From the NCBI GenBank assembly GCA_040752695.1, contig JBFMGO010000012.1, positions 16,737-80,736 of the forward strand: a stretch of DNA of 64,000 nt, given 5' to 3'. Below, piece after piece: positions 58,259 to 64,000 of this stretch (position 1 is the first letter of the stretch; every line of letters begins with the position of its first letter). The notes under the pieces are model-generated. The model worked only from the letters and a program-made list of their open reading frames with translations, searched no databases and had not been told where the DNA came from. The translations under genes were made by a program, and so were the position numbers. The DNA comes from a bacterium. Its GTDB lineage: Bacteria; SZUA-182; DTGQ01.

Positions 58259-58753
58259 GGTTCTTATTGCCTCCTTTTCTATTTCTGATTTATGCCGTTT
58301 CTCTGAGATTACTACAGGCTTGGCTTTCCATTTTTTATTGATTGAATGAGCCTTTAGAAAAGCCAGATCTTAGCCTATGGTAAAGAGCAATCAGTATTGA
58401 ATACTCATTTTCTGGTCCTATTAGGGTTATAGTTTATTTTTCGTTTTCAGGCTCAGATTTAGCGAGACTACAATAAGAGCATGGTAGCAGATCAATCAGT
58501 TTTTATTTATTATATGAAGTTGGTTATAGTTATAATTTTCTATTTTAGACCGACATGGGAAGATTTTCAAGTAAAAACTTAAAATAAAGGTAATTTTTAA
58601 GGAGCAATTTATCCGAGAACAGACGGGTCAATGTAAAATTAGAGGCTTAAAATATAATGAGTTAAAGGGTACCCTTAGTACTGATCACCATAAATACGCG
58701 ACTGGTTGACCTTGCCTTTTTCGCGGACACCTTTATGAAATTGAGCAGTTAAA

Positions 58754-59119
58754 TGGTGGAGGCGGGGGGAATCGAACCCCCGTCCGAAGATATTCAGCTA
58801 AAGATATCTACATGTTTAGCCCTTATTTTAATCTCGTGAATCCCCACTCCTAAAGGCGCGGATTGAGGGACTCACCAGCCCAAAGAGTTTCACCGGATCT
58901 CCCTGAGCAAGGAGATCAGGCTATCCTCATGTGTATGACGCCCAGAAATTACCCCCATAAGGAGGCAGGGTAAGTGGACGTGACCGCACTAAGGGTTAGT
59001 TAGGCGGCCAGAGCCAATTCGTTGTTGGCAGTTGTATTTTTCCCGTTGTTTAACGAGGTGACAGGACCTCGACATGCAATCTTCGCCTCAATTATCCCCG
59101 TCGAACCCAGATCGCCCCC
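58754..59119 (-). ncRNA. ssrA: tmRNA, tag peptide ANNELALAA
   Basis: 5' GGGGGCG pairs with 3' CGCCTCC-ACCA (G3-U wobble); T-arm GGTTCGATTCC; tag frame 59029-59000; adjacent to smpB. Confidence 0.96.
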
Positions 59120-59255
59120 TTTTTTGCATTCGGTAAGATTGTTTTGTTGATGTAACCTTATCGGCTTTACCACTGTCGGTTAATTTGTGCCAATTTACTC
59201 TTTTGTCAAGGTAATTCTTTACTAATTTACTCTTTTTCGGCAAATCTTGAGAGCA

Positions 59256-59723
59256 TCACCGATATTTGACCTTCATAGCCCGCGCCATTTGCTTTTCTTC
59301 TTCTTTGCGCTTCAGGTCCTCCCGCTTATCGTAGAGTTTCTTTCCCTGGGCCAGGGCGATTTCCACCTTTACCAGATTTCGCTTCAGGTATACCTTGAGG
59401 GGGACCACGGTCTGCCCCTTTTCGATAGCTTTCCCAATAAGCCGTGTGATCTCCCGCTTTTTGAGCAGCAGTTTTCGTTTTCTCAGCGGGTCATGGTTAA
59501 AGAGAGAACTGTGGCTGTACGGACTGATGTGGCAATTCAGCAGAAAAACCTCATTGCCTTCCACCTTGGCATAGCTGTCCTTTAAGTTTACTCTTCCCTC
59601 ACGTATAGATTTTACCTCTGTCCCCTGCAGAATGATCCCGGCTTCCAGGGTTTCCTGTATGAAGTAATCGTGAGTAGCCTTTTTGTTGACCGTGATAACT
59701 TTTTGGTCGCTATCTTTCTTCAT
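59256..59723 (-). CDS. smpB: SsrA-binding protein
   Basis: [39 protein letters not shown]. Confidence 0.97.
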   Translation of the reverse strand: MKKDSDQKVITVNKKATHDYFIQETLEAGIILQGTEVKSIREGRVNLKDSYAKVEGNEVFLLNCHISPYSHSSLFNHDPLRKRKLLLKKREITRLIGKAIEKGQTVVPLKVYLKRNLVKVEIALAQGKKLYDKREDLKRKEEEKQMARAMKVKYR

Positions 59724-59801
59724 AGTAAAAATTATACCACTAAGTTTTTGAGAAAGCAATCATCCTCATTCGGGATGCTAGCGGCTGGATGCGGGATACC
59801 C

Positions 59802-60662
59802 TTATCCGTTACGGCGCTGGAAGAAAGAGCGGCTTTCCTGCACCAGGTCCAGATCGATTTCAGCCATTACTACTTCTTCCCTCTCCTTCGCTTCGGTCAG
59901 GGTTTCTCCCCAGGGGGAGATAATGCAGGAGTGGCCGCAGAACACCTGCCGGCTATGGGTGCCGGTGCAGTTGCATCCTGCTGTGAACAGGTAATTTTCG
60001 ATGGCCCTGGCCCGAATGAGGATCTGCCAGTGCTCCAGCCGGGGATGTGGGAATCTGGCAGGCACCAGGATGATATCGGCACCCCTGGCTGCAAGATCGG
60101 CAAACTGTACAGGAAACCGCAGGTCATAACAGATGCAGACACCCACTCTGGCCAGGGGAGTATCGAACACCGGGCAATCCAGACCAGGAGAAAAAAAGGT
60201 ATCCTCTCCCATAGGGGGAAAAAGGTGTACCTTGCGGTATTTCCCCAGCACTTTACCCTGATCGTTGAAGAAAAAGGCTGTATTGTAGAATCTCCCATGA
60301 TCTTTTTCCGGGATGGTTCCGGCAAGCAGGTGGATTTTCAGGGAGCAGGCCATTTCAGCAAGCCAGTCGACATCTTCAGGATTTGATGCTGCACCTGATG
60401 CTGCAACCGGTGATGACTCAACCGGTGCTGTGCCTGGCGTCTTACGGCATTTCCGGCTCTTGCCGTATGCCGTGCCATGCGCCTGGCTTTGAGCGCGGAT
60501 GAGGTCAAAATCATGGGCTGTAGTGAACAGTTCCGGCAGGCAGACAAGCTGCGCTCCCTGTCCGGCAGCCTGTTGAATCAGGTTCTGGGCGAGCTTGCGG
60601 TTCCGGTCGATTTCCCCAGCCTGAGTTGCACATTGTACAAGCGCCAGTTTTATTTTTCTCAT
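59802..60662 (-). CDS. Carbon-nitrogen hydrolase (nitrilase/amidase) family protein
   Basis: LPELF, YRKVHLF, ICYDLRFP, RARAIEN. Confidence 0.9.
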   Translation of the reverse strand: MRKIKLALVQCATQAGEIDRNRKLAQNLIQQAAGQGAQLVCLPELFTTAHDFDLIRAQSQAHGTAYGKSRKCRKTPGTAPVESSPVAASGAASNPEDVDWLAEMACSLKIHLLAGTIPEKDHGRFYNTAFFFNDQGKVLGKYRKVHLFPPMGEDTFFSPGLDCPVFDTPLARVGVCICYDLRFPVQFADLAARGADIILVPARFPHPRLEHWQILIRARAIENYLFTAGCNCTGTHSRQVFCGHSCIISPWGETLTEAKEREEVVMAEIDLDLVQESRSFFQRRNG

Positions 60663-60699
60663 CGGATCTCGATCACTCCTTCCTTTCTCTTTCCGAATG

Positions 60700-60823
60700 C
60701 GGCAGATGGGAAGTCAGCCAATAGCCTCTGCATACGGCAGGCGGCAAATCTTCATACGATAGACGGTAAATCAGCCGATAGCCTCTTCATACGGCAGACG
60801 GGATATCTGCTAACAGCCTCTTC
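60700..60823. repeat. Degenerate ~35-nt tandem copies of the truB 3' end
   Basis: CGGCAGAYGGGA..TC.GC.AA.AGCCTCT.CATA-like unit three times plus one partial copy. Confidence 0.75.
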
Positions 60824-61905
60824 GGCTTGAACCAGAGCACTTCTCTTCCCCTCTCTCCTTCCGCCCTGTTTTCCCTTTCAGTTTGGCAAAGGCCGGGCAT
60901 TTTCGGGCAGGGATGTATGTCAGCGCAGGTCCCAGCGCGTGTACCGGCGTGTACATCTGGGCGAATATCGGGGTGTATATGTGTATCGGGGTATGCGCTG
61001 GATTGTATACCGGCGTGTATACCGGTTACATCAGTGAGTGCCTCAAAGATGCCAAGGAGGTGGTCATCCGGAGTATGCCCGCGGAAAAGGTCCCCTTTTC
61101 GGAAACTCTCAGGGCACCTCACTACCTCCCCTGGTGAGAGGGGCATTCCATGATAAACCTTTCGCTCCGCTTCAGTCGTAATTTGAATCACTGGCAGGAA
61201 TTTCAGAACATCGTCCAGGGAGAGCAGTCTGGCGGCCAGGATTTCGGAAATCGTTTCTCTGGTGATTGCCGCAAAAGGAGTGGCCTGCTCGATGGTCATT
61301 CCTCCAGACCTCAGGCGCTGAAGTGAACTCATATGCCCGCCAGTACCGAGTCTCTGGCCGATATCGGCGCACAGGGTACGGATGTATGTTCCCTTGGAGC
61401 AACTGACATCAAAGGTCAGATAGGGAGGCTCGTAGCGCTGTATGGTCAGGTGGTAAATGTGGACCTCCCGTGGCTTTCGCTCCACCTCGATCCCTTCCCT
61501 GGCCAGTTCGTACAGCCGCTTTCCCTGATGCCGAAGGGCCGAGAACATAGGCGGAACCTGCACAATTTCGCCCACAAAAGAGTTTACGGCCTCCCTGACC
61601 TGTTCCAGGGAGGGGACAATTCCTTTTGTTTTTTGCAGGACGGTGCCTGTTGCATCCAGGGTATCGGTGGTGACCCCAAGGTGCAGGGTCGCCCGATACT
61701 CCTTGGTGGTCTCCATCAGGAAAGGCACAATCTTGGTGGCTTTGCCCAGGCAGACGAGGAGAACACCGCTGGCCATAGGGTCCAGAGTGCCGGTATGCCC
61801 GATCTTTTTAACTTTGGCCAGCCTTTTTATTCCAGCCACAACGTCAAATGAGGTTATCCCCTCGGGCTTGTTAATATTTAATACTCCGTTGTAGGTGATA
61901 CTCAT
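60787..61905 (-). CDS. truB: tRNA pseudouridine(55) synthase with a low-complexity C-terminal insertion
   Basis: NKPEGITS, GHTGTLDPMASG, QVPPMFSA, CSKGTYIRTL. Confidence 0.96.
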   Translation of the reverse strand: MSITYNGVLNINKPEGITSFDVVAGIKRLAKVKKIGHTGTLDPMASGVLLVCLGKATKIVPFLMETTKEYRATLHLGVTTDTLDATGTVLQKTKGIVPSLEQVREAVNSFVGEIVQVPPMFSALRHQGKRLYELAREGIEVERKPREVHIYHLTIQRYEPPYLTFDVSCSKGTYIRTLCADIGQRLGTGGHMSSLQRLRSGGMTIEQATPFAAITRETISEILAARLLSLDDVLKFLPVIQITTEAERKVYHGMPLSPGEVVRCPESFRKGDLFRGHTPDDHLLGIFEALTDVTGIHAGIQSSAYPDTHIHPDIRPDVHAGTRAGTCADIHPCPKMPGLCQTERENRAEGERGREVLWFKPKRLLADIPSAV

Positions 61906-61955
61906 TAAAAAATCCTTATCTCAAGATCTCAAGATCTCAAAATCTCAAAGCTTAA

Positions 61956-62759
61956 TCAGGCTCCCACCTTAACGGGGCTCACGATCCCCCGAAGCGCGGC
62001 AATGGCCGAGAGGGCCGCCAAGTAGCTGGTTTTCGGATTGAAGGCCGAAGGGACATTCTCTGTTCGAGTAAAAATTTTCCCGGATTCGCCCACGATCTCG
62101 ACTTCATGGATATTGCTTTTAAGGGCAGGATCGGCTACGATCCGGACCCTGGTCCTTTCCGGTCCCACACCTGCCAGGCTTAAGGTTGCAGCCACATTGA
62201 TGTTCTTGGGAAAGGCACTAACCGCTTCCAGTGCGGATCCTTCGAAGATTACCATTTCCCGGTCCAGGGTGTCCAGATTAATTCCCTTTTCCACACAGTA
62301 AGGGGCGCCTTTGAGCCCTTGGGGAGGCTTTCGCGTGGTCAGGGTCACAGACTGAATCCCGGCCATACTGGCTGCCCTGACAGCATCAAGACCTGCGATC
62401 GCCCCTGAAGGAATATAGAGACGGCTGCCGGATTCATGGATTTTCTCAAAGGCCCAGGTGAGCGGCAGCAATCCACCCACACTCATAATCAATACTTCCT
62501 TCCCCTGATCCAGGACCATCTCGACCAGCGAAGGAACCACATTCTGGTTGGCTGCCTCTACGATCAGATCCGCCCTGCGTACCAGTTCCGGTATGAGAAG
62601 AATTTCGCATGGAGTGCTGAGCTGGTCGACTAACTGCTGAGCCTTGATCGCATCCATGTCCGCAACAGCAACAAGCTCGGCTGCGATTTTCCCCTGATTG
62701 ATAGCCAGACAAATTTGAGTCCCAATGGTCCCGCACCCGACTACACCGATCTTTTTCAT
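61956..62759 (-). CDS. nadX: L-aspartate dehydrogenase
   Basis: GCGTIG, SGAIAGLD, TRKPP, FPKNINVAA, NPKTSYLAA. Confidence 0.9.
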   Translation of the reverse strand: MKKIGVVGCGTIGTQICLAINQGKIAAELVAVADMDAIKAQQLVDQLSTPCEILLIPELVRRADLIVEAANQNVVPSLVEMVLDQGKEVLIMSVGGLLPLTWAFEKIHESGSRLYIPSGAIAGLDAVRAASMAGIQSVTLTTRKPPQGLKGAPYCVEKGINLDTLDREMVIFEGSALEAVSAFPKNINVAATLSLAGVGPERTRVRIVADPALKSNIHEVEIVGESGKIFTRTENVPSAFNPKTSYLAALSAIAALRGIVSPVKVGA

Positions 62760-62997
62760 CTCTCTTCCCCCAAACTTTGATTTGATTGGATAAAAATTCT
62801 TTCCTTACTTTACCTTTAACCCTTTAGGCTCTTATGTTAAGCTATTAGAGGCAGTAACTCCTGATGCCATCTTTAGGTTATTCCATCATTTAGGTTATTC
62901 CATCATACCCTTAATAAACACCTTAAGTCAATGCCATTGCATCAAGGGGAGGAAATATGAGGAGTGAATTATAAATTCAGGATACAGTCCCCGGCGT

Positions 62998-63969
62998 TCA
63001 CTGTTTGCCTGGGGCAGAGGGCGGGGCAAAGGCTTCCGGGTGCAGAGCCTCAGCCAGACACCTGAGCCCATCGCTAATGCGGGGCGATGCGCGATCGACC
63101 AGATCGGGATTTATCGGCAGGATCTTTCCGGTTTTCCTGGCCTTGAGCAGAGGGAATTTGTCCCACAGAGCCCGGTACCCCCCGAGTGTTTCCCCCATGC
63201 CGACCATCAGGATTATCTCAGGGTCTTTGGCAATCACTTCCTCAAGGCTGTAGCGGATATATCCTTTATTTTCGCTGGCCAGGTTTTCCCCTCCTGCCAG
63301 CCGGATAAGATCATGGATCAGGGTGGATTCCCCGGCAGTCACCAGGGGATTAATACCCAGTTGCAGGAAGCACCGGGGCCTTTTCTTGATTAGTGCAAGG
63401 GTTTGCTCTGTTTCCCTGATCTTGAGCCGGATCGCACTGATTATTCCCCTGGCTTCGTCTTCACGCCCGGTCAGGCGGCCCATAATTCTGAGGTCCCGAT
63501 AAACATGCTCAAGCTCTTTAACCGGGCTCAAGATAAAAACCTTCAGGCCGAGCCTTCGCAGCCGTTGAACTTCTTCGACCCGGTTCCCCTCCATGGTGGC
63601 CAGAACCAGTTCGGGCTTCAGAGCAAAGATCTTTTCAGTATCCAGGGCAAGGAGACTGCCGATTTTCTCTTTCTTTTTTGCCTCCTGCGGATAATCGCAG
63701 TAGGTAGTTACCCCGATGATCTCTTTATCCAGATGCAGGCTGAACAGACACTCTGTAATCGAAGGAGCTAAGGAGATGATTCTTGTGGGATAGGAAGAGA
63801 AAGAGACTTTCTCATGGGTGGCATCCACTAGCTGGAAAGGAAAATTCACTGAAGTGCAAAAGGCAGTGCGTGGAGGATTCCCGGCAAAGAAGAACAGGCA
63901 AAACAGGCAGAACAGGCATAATAAGCGAAAAGAGCAGAATAAGCAAAATGAGCAAAACGGGCAAAGCAC
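62998..63969 (-). CDS. Cobalamin/iron-siderophore ABC substrate-binding protein (BtuF-like); start uncertain
   Basis: RIISLAPSITE, IGVTTYCDYP, SLEEVIAKDPE, DRASPR. Confidence 0.85.
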   Translation of the reverse strand: MLCPFCSFCLFCSFRLLCLFCLFCLFFFAGNPPRTAFCTSVNFPFQLVDATHEKVSFSSYPTRIISLAPSITECLFSLHLDKEIIGVTTYCDYPQEAKKKEKIGSLLALDTEKIFALKPELVLATMEGNRVEEVQRLRRLGLKVFILSPVKELEHVYRDLRIMGRLTGREDEARGIISAIRLKIRETEQTLALIKKRPRCFLQLGINPLVTAGESTLIHDLIRLAGGENLASENKGYIRYSLEEVIAKDPEIILMVGMGETLGGYRALWDKFPLLKARKTGKILPINPDLVDRASPRISDGLRCLAEALHPEAFAPPSAPGKQ

Positions 63970-64000
63970 GTGGCGCAGGCAGAATAGATGGATATATGAA

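Noticed and set aside
58754..58790. tRNA gene
   Set aside because: It is the tRNA-like 3' end of tmRNA

Overview
64 kb from a diderm bacterium (LptD and an LptM-like lipoprotein are present). Gene content and sigma-54 use suggest a Nitrospirota/Desulfobacterota-like lineage, but that is inference only. The housekeeping backbone is argH-lysA-dapF-dapA-dapB, mog-holB-ricT, pdxA-rsmA, accD-folC-lptD, a fabK-like gene, rluD, smpB-tmRNA, truB, nadX and a btuF-like gene. Accessory elements: (1) two paralogous secreted proteins made of a Gly-Gly-Leu-Tyr repeat tract plus a shared beta-rich domain, one followed by a CxxCxxxCC (YkgJ-like) protein; (2) a five-gene atypical Hsp70 operon (zinc-ribbon Hsp70, zinc-ribbon/TM/LysM protein, TPR protein, HPD-less J-like protein, GrpE); (3) several large secreted proteins behind consensus sigma-54 promoters; (4) a tandem 142-bp structured repeat with a compensatory base change in a long 5' leader; (5) a 1983-aa pseudokinase-AAA-GAF-PAS-HK-REC hybrid and a heme-c/PAS/GAF sensor with no output domain; (6) damaged toxin-antitoxin genes in the Arg/Lys operon; (7) a decayed phage/IS4 islet beside the tmRNA 3' end. 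Short degenerate tandem duplications occur throughout the window. All calls come from reading motifs by eye; no searches were run.
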